Position numbers and translations under genes: made by a program. Below are positions 48,521-60,030 of a DNA stretch of 64,000 nt, one piece after another (position 1 is the stretch's first letter; each line of letters opens with the position of its first letter). Origin of the DNA: Prorocentrum cordatum (lineage: Eukaryota); the NCBI GenBank assembly GCA_963575745.1, contig CAUYUJ010000281.1, positions 1-64,000 on the forward strand, written 5' to 3'. Under the pieces are notes generated by a model. It was not told the DNA's origin. It made no database searches and saw nothing but the letters and a program-made list of their open reading frames with translations.

Positions 48521-51180
48521 TAGACCTGCAGAGCGATCGTCTTCCTGTTCTCAGGCAACCGCAGACATAGACTGAGGGGGCGTGGATTCAGCGACGGGTC
48601 CCGCTTCCACGGGAAGTCGCGGTCGCCTGTGAAGAAGAAGACGATCGCCCTGCAGATCGCGCACGCTTCCCGCCCCCGGGGCCAGGAAAGCCCCCCCCGC
48701 GAGCGCTGCCGGGCTCGCGCCCCCGAGGGCGCGCGGAGCCCGGCAGCGCAGGGCGGCGCGCGCCCCGGGCCCGCGCCCTCGAGGAGGCCCGAGGCGGCAG
48801 CGGCCCCCCCCCCTGCAGAGACTTGACCCCTGGCCCGCGCTCGGAGAAGCACAGGGCAGTGTTTAATACATGGGATGTTTCAACATATCGGATTTTAATA
48901 CATGGTAGTTTTTTGAATAAATTCACGCATGAACTCATCGTCGTTTCTGATACTAAATCCCTGCATGTTGAATACATGATCCGCACGCGGAGCATGTATC
49001 AAAAACGGCACTGTACAGCGTTCGACCTGGCCGAAGGAACGAAACATACGATACACGAGGAGCGAGGCCCCTTTTTGTTCCCAAGCAAGTCCAAAAAAGG
49101 TCCGAGGAAACACCCCGGGGGGCTCGCCGCCAAAAAGGCAGCGGGGCGCATGCAAGCCGAAGGGACGGCCGAGCCCCGTTGGAAACTGGAGTGCTCCTCA
49201 TTCAGGCCGGACCCTGTACGCCTGGCCCGCGCTCGCAGAAGTGGACTGACTGCCCACCAGGCCACCCCAGCCTGACCCGAAGGCCCGAATTCTGAGGGGG
49301 GCTGGCGGGGCTGCGGGCTCCAAGCGGGTCTCTTCAGTGCTCCCCGACCCTCCCCCCCCACCCACCGGAGACGGAGGGCACTTCGGGGCCTTCGGACTGG
49401 GGCTGGGGTGGCGCAGTGGGCGGTGACACACTTTTGGTCTGCGGGTCGAGAGCGAGCCTCTTCCGGTTAAGAGCTAGGCGGGCCGCGCAAAGCACTAATT
49501 GGGGAGACAGGGCGCGGGCGGGCGGGGCCTCAGGCGGCCGGAGGGCGCGGGGTGCAGGCGGTGCGGTGACACACGGGGCGTGCGGCCACGACGCCCAGCA
49601 TCTGGAGGCGGCTGCAGAATGCCAGGCGCCCTCGCAGGAGGTCCCTGCGAAGTGTGTTCAAAACAGCGCCGGCTTCTCCCATTGTGACAGTGTCCGGCGG
49701 CCGAGGGCAAAGCCCTTACATATCTATCTATCTATAATTATACACAATTATACAGATTTGCATACATACATATATGTGTATATATAGTTACGTATATCCG
49801 TGTCGCACACATACACATATACTTATAGATATAGATATACGTGTGTAATTACGTGCACATGTGTACGTGCATGCGTAGATATATGATTATCTCTCTCTCT
49901 CTCGTTCCCTCTCCCGTCCTGCCTGACAGATGACACGTCCTGGCACGAGCAGACGAACGGCCGCACCAACAATCCAGTGCGGAGCCTCAGACGGTCGGTA
50001 TCTTCGACCTCGGCAGGAGACGTCAGGGAGCGACCAGGAGCGGCCTGTGCCATCGACCCGGCGTCGAGGCGATCTCAACAGCCTGGTCAAATCAGGCAAG
50101 GGAACAAGAGCGATTCAGGTCCCCGCAAGATGCTGCTCGCTCACCATCATCTCACCACGCACGCCTCTGGACCCGCCAGACACCCATCATGTCCAATTGC
50201 TCGACCCGCGTGGTGACAAGGCCTACCTGGTACCTGGATACACCAACGCGCCAATGTGTTGCGGATAATCGTGCGAGCCGCTTCTGCCTGTGGGGGCCTG
50301 CAACTCACCGCTCCCCCATCGGAGGCACCTCGAGGCCTGAGAGCGCCCCCGAGAACTTCCCCAGAGGCTCCCTCGAGCCCCCCCAGCCTCAGAAGCCGCC
50401 GAGGGGCTCCTGCAAGAGCTCCACGAGCAGTAGTAGTAGTAGTAGTAGGAGGAGGAGGAGGAGAAGGAGGAGGAGGAGGAGCGCAAGGGCAGGCATGACA
50501 TGAGAGGGGAGGAGGAGGAGGAGGAGGAGGAGGAGGAGGAGGAGGAGGAGGAGGAGGAGGAGGAGAGGAGGAGGAGGAGGAGGAGGAGGAGGAGGAGGAG
50601 GAGGAGGAGGAGGAGGAGGAGGAGGAGAGGAGGAGGAGGGAGGAGGAGGAGGAGGAGGAGGAGGAGGAGGAGGAGGAGGAGGAGGAGGAGGAGGAGGGAG
50701 GAGGAGGGGGAGGAGGAGGAGGAGGAGGAGGAGGAGGAGGAGGAGGAGGAGAGAGGAGGAGGAGGAGGAGGAGGAGGAGACGGGCAGCGATCGGTGCAGG
50801 GGCCCTCGGCAAGTGCGAGGCAGCGCGGCGGAATATCCGAGGAAAACCGATCCGCGGCGGGAGGGTGCACGAGCTGAGCGACAGGAGGGGGGGTGGCTGT
50901 CTCGGGGGGCGAACAGCGGACTTGCATCGGCGATACGTTGCCCATGAATCGGAGAGAGGTGCTCGATGTTGGAGGCCTGGAAATGGGCACCAACACCAAC
51001 ACAGGGGGCTGCCTCCACAGGGGGAAGATGATCCCAGAGTTCGGTGCTGGTGGTAATCCTTCGGCCGCCTCGAAAGCCGGAGTCTTACCACCATCACCGT
51101 GTTCGGTATCTTCTTCCCTCGGTGGAGGCACAGGGCCGACACTGGTGTTGGTGTCAACCTCTATAGGGGGGGGGGGCAGA

Positions 51181-51316
51181 TGCGAACCCTGCCCCTGATT
51201 ACCCCCCCCGATCTCTGAGGGGGAGGGTGGGGCTCACTTCGCTCGGGAGCTTCCTAACGAAGTGAACCCCCCCCTCCCCCTCAGAGATCGTGGGGGGGAT
51301 AGGGGCAGGGTTCGCA
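51181..51316. repeat. ~135-bp hairpin element; second copy at ~56530-56660
   Basis: tgcgaaccctgcccc...gatctctgagggg ... cccctcaga(g/a)atcg...gggcagggttcgca in both copies. Confidence 0.8.
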
Positions 51317-51823
51317 GCTGGCCCCCTACCCCAGGCCTGCGACGATGGCGAATCCGCACGCTCCCGGGAAGGGCTGGCCATGGGGCATCGGGCCCCTCCC
51401 GGCGAGGAAGGGGCGCTCGGGGGTCGTCCCGCCCCCCGCTCCCCCCTGGGAGTCTCTCCCCTCTCCCTCCTCCCTCCTTCCTCCCTCCTCCCTCCTCCTC
51501 CTCCCTCCTCCCTCCTCCCTCCTCTCTCCTCCCTCCTCCCTCCTCCCTCCTCCCTCCTCCCTCCTCCCTCCTCCCTCCTCCCTCCGTGCGTCGCCGCCTC
51601 GCTTCCGGCATCAGCACGCGGGTCGAACCTGGAGGGCGTTCTGGCCAGGATTGCGAGGCGAATCCAGCCGTGGCCACGAGAGAGCCCCAGAACGACCAAC
51701 GAGAACCGCCAGAAGACGAGCCTCGAGGCTCGAAGCTCGACCCTTCTGAGCCCGTCCCCGCCGAGTCTACACCCGGATACTACACCCCCCTAGTGTTGCC
51801 CTAGGATGGTCTATGACATGTTA

Positions 51824-51999
51824 CAGTCGGGGCGTTGACCTAAGGAACCATAAATAAGGAACGGTTCCCCTTTCTCCCATAAGTTGAACTTCGATTTCCC
51901 ATGGAAAACCTCAGGAAAACAGAAGGCAAACTGTAGAACAATCAAGGAACACCGAGCCGCTTCCCAACGAAAAGGGTTCCTTCTGCAGGGCCCCGGCTG
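51824..51999 (-). mobile_element. MITE family A copy, reverse orientation, TA flanks
   Basis: TA|cagtcggggcgttgacctaaggaacc ... gggttccttctgcagggccccggctg|TA. Confidence 0.85.
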
Positions 52000-53774
52000 T
52001 AGCGCCAACGTGCGTTTGTCCACCGAAGCTCGTCAATACGAGGCAGGCGGCGTAGGCGGCGCAATGAGGGCCGAGGCTGGCTGTGTGCAGACGGTGGAGA
52101 TGACCGCAGGTATGTGCCTCCTCCTCCTCCTCCTCCTCCTCCTCCTCCTCCCCCTCCTCCTCCTCCTCCGCCTCCTGTGAACACACATCTCGAGTCGGAC
52201 CAACTTCACTGCACCGACCTTGCAGACGTGCTGCCGCGGATTCTGCGCGGATTTCTGCCAATGCAAACCCCCGAAACGGCGAGCGAAAAACGACGTGAAC
52301 GTCACGTGCATGTGTTGCAACCTTCACTCTTGACCAACAACAATACGCACGAAATACACTTCGAAATCCGAAACGAAGTTCTCCAGAGTCCGGGGGCCCA
52401 TCCCACTGTTTGCCGAACGATCCGACATCGGCTCTACGATGTTGGCGCCATGACAAATTTGGAAGTCAATAAGACGGGTCAGCTCGGGGATCTTCTGACC
52501 CGGGTCAACCCAGGCCCGGGTCAGTCAGGCCTTGCAGAATCTTGCAGAATCCTGCAAGATCCTGCGATATCCTGCACCCATAGCCGGGTCAATGCGAAGG
52601 AGCCTGCGAGATCCTGCAGGATCCCGCACCCAAACACAGGCCAATGCCACCCTGGCCCTGCAGGATCCTGCACGATCGGGCGCTCTGGATGACCCCCGTT
52701 TGCATTGACCCCCGTCTCTTGAGCCCCGATCAGCGAATCAGCTCACGTAGCCTTAAGTCGGGCCTGTCCGCCTACAGGGCGGAGGAGGCGGAGGCGGAGG
52801 AGGCCCGAACATTTGGGCCAGCGCGCGTCCTGAGGATCATCCATCGGCTGCTCCAAAGAGTGACCCCAGGCAAGAGTGGCCTCTCGTGAGCGATGGTCGG
52901 CGGCCGCGGGGAGGCCAAGCCCGAGCGCACAGAGCGCTGCGCTGTGGCATCGCTTCCAGCCACCTGGGGATCTCAGCGTGCCCGCACCAAAGTTCACTGC
53001 AGCGAAAGGTCGCTCTTGTTGTGAGGCCAGTCCACACGAAGCCCTCCACAAGAAGCCCAACCCTGAGACCCCAGGACGTCCGCTGCTCTTTGGTGTGGGA
53101 ACCTCGCGCCTTCCACAGCAGAGCCACCGAAACCCGAGAAACCCGGGGCACCCTGGAGGCACGCAAGGCGCTTTTTGGCATGGCCCCCCCACTGCACCCG
53201 CGTTCAGCGACCGGCGCGCCGCGGACCTCGTGACCCCTCCCCCTTCGCCTTGTCCCGCCCGCTCGTCCGGGAGGAGGAGAAAGGAGGAGGAGGAGGAGGA
53301 GGAGGAGGAGGACGGGGAGGCGGAGGAGGAGGAGGAGGAGGAGGAGGAGGAGGAGGAGGCACCCGAATCGAACGGACAGGGAGGGCGGCGGCGCCCTCTC
53401 TGGGGCCGCGGCCGGCTCGCTGAGGCCTCCAGGAGGAGGGGCTCGGACTCCCGGGTCCGCGCGCCTCGGCCCGCGCCGCGGGGGGGGGGGCGCAGAGGGC
53501 TGCCCCGCGGGGGGCGCCAGCACCGACGCCACGCCGAACGCAAGGGCTCCTCCTCCTCCTCCTGCTCCTCCTCCTGCTCCTCCTCCTCCTCCTCCTCCTC
53601 CTCCGCTCGCCTCCGCCTCCGCCTCCGCCTCCGCCTCCTCCTCCTCCTCCTCCTCCTCCTCCTCCTCCTCCTCCTCCTCCTCCCCCGTCTCCCCCCTCCC
53701 CCTCCTCGTCCTCCTCCTCCTCCTCCTCTTCCTCCTCGCTCTCACCCTCCATTCCTCTTCCTCTTGAATAGTTC

Positions 53775-54690
53775 CTTCCTGTCGCACCCCGAGGCCAGTC
53801 GGAAGAGCGGGCCGGGCGTTTCGCCTGAGACGTCCTCACCACTGCAAAACCTGAAGCGAACAAAAATGGCAACGGTTTCACACATGGAAGACGGGTCGTT
53901 TCCAGAATGTTGCTTTGGCCTACGCGCCGGCCACATTGCTCTGAAACACACACAACAGTATCACGGATTGAGGGCGGGCCATTTTCAACATGTGGCTCTC
54001 GCCTCAGCGCCGCGAGCACTCGGCGTAAACAATTGCAAGAGCTTTACGGATTGAGAGCGGGCTGCTTCCCAAAATGTGGATCTCGCCTTAGCGCCGCTCC
54101 CCCTCGTCGCAAAAACTTGCAAGAATTTCACGGATTGAAGACGGACCGTTGTCAACATGTGGCTCTCGCTTTAGCGCCGCGCGCACTCGTCTCAAACAGT
54201 TGCAAGAGCTTCACGGATTGAGAGCGTTGCTTCCAAAATGTGGCTCTCGCCTTGACGCCGCGCATACTCGTCTTAAAAACTTGCAAGAATGTACTGGATT
54301 CAGGGGGCGCGTTTTCAAACAGTTGCACGAATTTCACTGGTTTGCATGGTTAACGTATTACAAACGGTGTTTGGGAGCGAATCAGGATTGGAAAAACAAT
54401 TACGTTGATTCGCGGCATTGAAATCCCAGGGATGGTGTTCTGGCACGACTCAGGACCGTCAAACGCATTAGTCAGGTTGACACGTGGCTTCGAAGTCCTG
54501 AAAATGGACTTTGGGCACGCGTCAGGACTTTCGCACGGATGCCCCCCAACGGGGCCTTTCCCTCAGTGATAATGAAAAATTGTAAGGGCTTATGAGGAGG
54601 GAACTTGAACGGAAAGTGGATTCCAACATCAGATGAGATGATGAGTCTTGGGCTTACACTGGTCGTCCTCCTCCTCCTCGTCCTCCTCCC
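53775..54690 (+). repeat. Dispersed repeat family E copy
   Basis: Same start and end motifs and internal ~80-bp units as 45825-46570. Confidence 0.85.
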
Positions 54691-55210
54691 CTGGGGAAAA
54701 GAACAGATCGGATCGGGTGTTGCCAGAGGTCTCCCTGGCCCAAGGTGCCTCCAGGATGTCCAAAGAGGCCCCGCAAAGAGACCCAGGGCCTCCAAGATGG
54801 AGCGACAAGCTGCGGCCGTCTCTGGCCAAACACACATGTGACCACCCCATCGGCATCGGCGAAGTGGTGAGCTGACGTCCCCCGAGGAGAGACGCGGGGG
54901 GGAGCACCGGGCAGCCGCGTGAGTGTGATCTGCTCTGCCACGTGGACGCGCGGGACAGCGAGCTCGTTTTCGATCCCCGCCGTCGCACGCACCAAATCGT
55001 ACACTCCGAGCGCTGCGAAGGGCCGGAGCCAGCAGCAAGGAAGGGCGAGGAGGGAGGCGAAGAGAGGAGGGAGGAGTGGAGGGGAAGCGGCGCGAGGGCT
55101 GGGCCGGAGCACGTGAGCGAGGGGGAGAAGGGGGGCTGCAGCGCCGATCCGAGCAGTCCGCGCGGACCTCCGAGTGTGCACGCGCGCGCCGCCGTGCGCC
55201 CCCCGAACCG

Positions 55211-55230
55211 TCCGTAGCCCTTGGCTCAAG
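55211..55230 (+). other. Dinoflagellate spliced-leader (DinoSL) relic
   Basis: tccgtagcccttggctcaag versus the canonical DCCGTAGCCATTTTGGCTCAAG: both ends are identical and only the centre differs (ATT replaced by C). No GT donor follows. Confidence 0.7.
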
Positions 55231-55663
55231 CCGCGAGCGGGTGCCATTCGGGACTTCCCGTGCTCAGAAAGGAAGCGCCCGCAACTCGGCTACGCGCAAG
55301 AGCGACCCTGGGCAAGAATGACCTCTGGTGCGCGGCCTTTTGGGGGCCGCGGGGGAAACCAAACCTGGGCGCGCCAGCCGCTGCTACCGCTCCGTTTTCG
55401 GCCATCCGAAGGCCAATCCGTGCCCGCACCAACGGTCACTCCGGGGAAAGGTCGCTCTTACGTGTAGTCGAGTAGCATCCGTGGCGAACGGCAGGCCCGG
55501 GCGAGTCCCGAAGCCGCTGCGGGCCATTGTGGGCTCGAGGCTCCGAGCTGCTGCGGAGCGCGGGCCTGCTCGGGCCGGCGCAAGCCTTGCCGAGGGCAGC
55601 GAGATTTCGCCGTCATCCGGGCGAGTCCAGGGTAGGACCCATGGAGGGCCATGAGGAGGAGGA

Positions 55664-55698
<35 letters not shown>

Positions 55699-55929
55699 GA
55701 GGAGGAGGAGGAGGAGGAGGAGGAGGAGGAGGAGGAGGAGGAGGAGGAGGAGGAGGAGGAGGAGGAGGAGGAGGAGGAGGAGGCGAGTCGACGCTGCCTC
55801 GGCGAACCGTTAGGACGATGCCCATGCACAAACAGAAAAATCACGTTGATCATACGAGACTGGGTTGCTAGCTACGCGGACGCTGTGTAAAAATGAATGA
55901 CAGAGCGAAGATCGCGCACAAGGGCCCGT

Positions 55930-56275
55930 CAGCCTTCTACTCAGCCAAAGCCCTTTCATATCTTGCCATAGTTCGGGGTCTTGCGCCTTCTCCTTCCGCA
56001 CCTTCCCCAATAATCGTGTGAACTGCATCTCCCACCTCCGTACCCGAAACTTCCTCCCGTGGCACTGCTGTCCGTAGTTCGTCCCCAGGAAGGTGAGCTA
56101 GTTAACGGCTCTCCAATGGAAAGCTTTCCATGCCAGCCCGTCCATTTGGTGGTTGCCAAATCTTGCCACATGGCCCACCCAATCGCAGACTCTGGATAGG
56201 CAGACCTTGCCCAATCGTTCCAGATCAGATCGTTCCAGGCCGAGCTCGTCCGTCAGCTTGTTCCGGAGCCTGGGT
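55930..56275 (-). mobile_element. 3'-terminal fragment of a non-LTR retrotransposon ORF2 with an in-frame stop
   Basis: The minus strand reads DWVGHVARFG...AWKAFHWRAVN*...CHGRKFRVRRWE...KEKAQDPELW, matching the W.GH..R ... W ... A.D...W tail of RTE-like LINEs. Confidence 0.65.
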
Positions 56276-58173
56276 ATCCTCAAAATCGTCCTCCTCCTGG
56301 AAATCCTCCTGGAAATCCTCAAAATCGTCCTCCTGGAGATCCTGGAAGTCCTCAAAATCGCCCTCAAATCCTGGAAGTCCTCCTGGAAATCCTGGAAAGC
56401 TTGATCCCCCAGCAGGTCCTCCTGGAAATCCTCAAGAGTCGTCCTCCTCCGACCCCTCCGCTGCCCCGGCACCGCTGCCCCGGACGCCTCTCCCCAGCGG
56501 GGGGGCACTCCCAGGGGTAGGGGGCCACATGCGAACCCTGCCCCTGCCCCCCACGATCTCTGAGGGGCAGGGTGGGGCTCGCTTCGCTCGGGAGCTCTCG
56601 AGCGAAGTGGACCCCACCCTCCCCCTCAGAAATCGTGGGGGGTATGGGGTAGGGTTCGCACGTGGCCCCCTGAGGGGACCTCCCTCCTCTGGCCATCGCT
56701 CGGACGTCCATTCCCTGTGTTGTGTTCTGTTTCGTGCGTGGTGTTTTTGTTTTGTCGCCAAATGATCAAGGATGCTCCTCGAGGGTCCTCGCCGAAGGAA
56801 AAAGGCACACGTCCGAGCGATGCCAAGAGAGGGGGGCACTTCCAAGGGACCTTCCTCCTCTCAGAACCCTCATCTCCATGACGATCCGGGCTGCCCGGGT
56901 GCTCTGCAGGTGCCTCTCCGTGTCGGGTGCAGCACGCCGAGGTTGCACGCTTCGCCGCCGTGCCGGCCTTCGAAGAAAGCAGACGGCGGTGCTCAGCGAG
57001 AGCAGTCCGAGCTGCCCGGAGTCTCCTCTCGACCTCAGCCGAAAGCGCTGCTATCGAAGGCGTTCACGTGCCCCAAGACCTTCAAGCCCAATCGAAGGAG
57101 GAGGAGGAGGAGGAGGAGGAGGAGGAGGGGGGAAGAGAAAAAAGTCCTTGGCGAGGGGCTCGGGTACGGAGGTTCACCTTGCCCAGAACTCTGGAAGGGA
57201 ACAAAACTCTAAGCCGCGGGGGTGCTGGCACGCGGGGTCCCCCCCCCCGCGCAACCGGAGGAGGAAAAGCGCGAGAGCCCAAATTGTAAGTGTAATGCAG
57301 CATCACTCTCATAGTCTCATAGTAGTAGTACTCGGGAATCGTACTAGCATGATTTGCACGCCACAATTTGTCCTACTTCCGAAATCGACCACCCATACTG
57401 TCTCCAGATTCTTTTTAACCGCGATTATGTTATGCCTCTGTATTCCCAAATCGCGATCCTATAATGTTTCCTATTCCGAAGTCACGAGTTTAGACTGTTT
57501 CCTGAAACGCCTAAATTGCAATTTGATATTACTAGCTGTACTGCAGGACCATGTGCACTCTAGGAGCAGCATGTGTGTGCGTGTGTGTATGTGTCTGGGA
57601 GGGTGTGTGTGTGTGGATATGTGTGTGAATATATGTGTGTGCGTGTGTGTGTGTGTGTGTACGTGTGTGTACGTGCGTGTTTGTGTGCGTAACATGTCTC
57701 AGGCGAAGGTAACCCTTTCCCACCTTCTTGTGGTTAGCTGCACCCTACCAGTGAACCAGGATGTCTCAGGCGAAGCAATCGCGGTGCCTTCCCCCATCTC
57801 TCCGCAGCCGCCTGCTTACGGTCCTATCCTGGCCACTCCACCCTGCTCGTGGCTACTGCGGCATCCGGTTGCTCCTCCGCTGGGCTTCCCCAAGTGGCTG
57901 CACGGCGGCATGTCTCAGGCGTAGCCTCTTCCAACCATCCTGCGGCTGTTTGCTGCACCCTACCAGAGGGCCAGCATGTCTCAGGCGAAACAATCTCCCT
58001 GCCCTTACCCATTTTCCTGCGGCTGTTAGCTGCACCCTGCCAGAGGACCAACACGTCTCAGGCGGAACATTCTCCCACCTACGGCTAGTTCAGCCAGTCT
58101 CAGGCGGAACCACCTACCATCCCGCGGCTGTTAGCCGCACCCCAACAGAGCATCGGCTGGTCTCAGGCGCAAC

Positions 58174-58346
58174 TAGGGCTCCCAACTTCGCGCTTCGCGC
58201 TCCGCGAAGCGCGAAGCGCGAATAACTTCGCGCTCTCGCGCCGCCCCCCCAAAGGGAGAAAAAGGAGGACGAGGAGGAGGGGGGAGAAGGAACGAGGACC
58301 GCGAAGCGCGAAGCGCGAATAACTTCGCGCCCTCGAGGGCGCCCTT
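58174..58346. mobile_element. Small insertion with short inverted ends and cgcgaag/cttcgcg internal repeats
   Basis: agggctccc ... gggcgccct ends; interrupts the minisatellite; ~43 bp of host sequence is repeated on both sides. Confidence 0.55.
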
Positions 58347-59099
58347 GGTTAGCCGCACCCCAACAGAGCATCGGCTGGTCTCCGGCGCAACCTCTCTTTA
58401 CCACCCTGCGGCTGTCGGCCGCTCCCCAGCAGGGCATCGGGAGGCCTCTGGCTGTGGCGTTCTCTGCCATCCGCGGCTGCTCGCCGCCCCCCGCCCTTCA
58501 GGACGCTGCCTCGGGAGCGGCCAGGAGGGGGTGTCCAAGAGGGAGGGGTGCAGATCATGACCAGCGGCACGTGCGCGGCCCAGCGGGGGGGCCAGGGTCG
58601 TAATGGAATACAAAGAGGCGCCGTGAAATCTGGGGAATATCATGGCCCACGCCATGTTATCCACCCCACCCTAGTCATCACCCCCCTCTCTTCCGCCCCC
58701 GACTTCCGTTCGCCCGGGGGATGCTTGGTTGAGGGCTGTGTTGTAGCATGCGGTGGGCCGGGCCGCCGTGGGAGCGTAGGCAAAGTGGTCGAGGGGCGCC
58801 CGCGCATGCGCCTCATTCGTTGGCTGGGGGCATGTCTCTGGCTGTCCCCGGCTTGTCGTGGGGAGGCTGATTGGTCCAGGTTGGCTGCCTGTCGCCTGGG
58901 GGAGGTTGCGTGTTCAACAACACGGGACAGTTGCAAGCCCCCGAACAGGGGCCTGCGGGTGCTGTGGCTGAGAGGAGACAGAGCTCGTTAAGCCACCTGT
59001 GCTCAGAGGGCTGGTTGGACTCGCGGCCACCTTCGCGGTGGGCTCCACGCTGACATAAGCAACAGCGCGAGCGTGGGGCGTGACGCGCTGCGCAACGCT

Positions 59100-60030
59100 T
59101 GTTGTGCGTTCTCGGGCTCAACGCAGTCGTGCAACACCACGTCGGCCAGCACTGCGGTGGGCAGCAGCACGACGCTGACGGATAGGGCAGGGCTTCCACT
59201 GGGTTGTCCCGTGCATCGTGGTCTTGAGGTTCGTCGCGGACGACCAGCAGAGCGTCCTCGAGCAAAACGGCCACGACCAGCACAGTTTCGTGGCCGCAGT
59301 ACGAGCGGCCCCAGCAGCACGACGGCCAGCTCGAGAATGTCCAGCAGCACAACGTCAACGTCCGCCACCCTGACTCACAGTGCAACGTTGGTTGCAGCAC
59401 GCCTCTGATGGCCAGTACGTTCTCGAGTGCGACAATATCGGGCAGCACCACGGTGGCTTGCACGACGACGAGCAGCGGCACGACGCTGACAAATACGACA
59501 AGGTCACTCACACCACGCTGGCCGAGACGGGCTCATCGGCTAGTCTGTGCGGCCCAGTACGGCCAGGCGCAGGGCGTCGTCCACGGCCACCTCCACGGTG
59601 AGCTCCACGACGACAGCGAACAGCACCGCGAGCGCGGGCGTGGCGAGCAGCTCAACGTCGAGCAGTGCGGCACAGTCGAGCAGCACCACACCGGCCAGCA
59701 CTACGGCGCGCAGCGGCTCGTCGCTGACTGCTTCGACAGGAGTCATTCACTATCGCGCTGCCCGGGACGAGGTCGTCGAAGGCCAGTACGTGCGGCTCCA
59801 ACAGCACGACGGCCAGCGCGAGGGTGCCCCGCCGCGCAACACCATTGTCCACCACCTCGACTTCCAGTGCATCGCTGTCTGGCAGTACGTCTCAGACGCT
59901 CTCCAGTGCTTCCTCGAGCAGCACGGTCATGGCCAGTACGGTCTCGAGCATGCGACGTCCCAGCCTCCTCCTCGGTGAGCTCCATGTCGACAGGGAGCAG
60001 CAGCTTGAACGAGGTCGTACTACGTAGAAC
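59100..60030 (+). pseudogene. Possible decayed Ser/Thr-rich (mucin-like) coding fragment
   Basis: Codon-like agc/acg/tcg periodicity gives S/T-rich peptide in successive frames; no recognisable domain. Confidence 0.3.

Noticed and set aside
55211..55300. Functional SL RNA gene
   Set aside because: The leader is altered in the ATTTTGG core and no GT donor follows it.
56275..56445. Acidic repeat peptide (FQEDFQD) on the minus strand
   Set aside because: A short tcctggaaatcc tandem repeat abutting the LINE fragment; no evidence it is coding.
56722..57924. 400-aa ORF
   Set aside because: Runs through unrelated repeats and microsatellites with no coherent protein composition.
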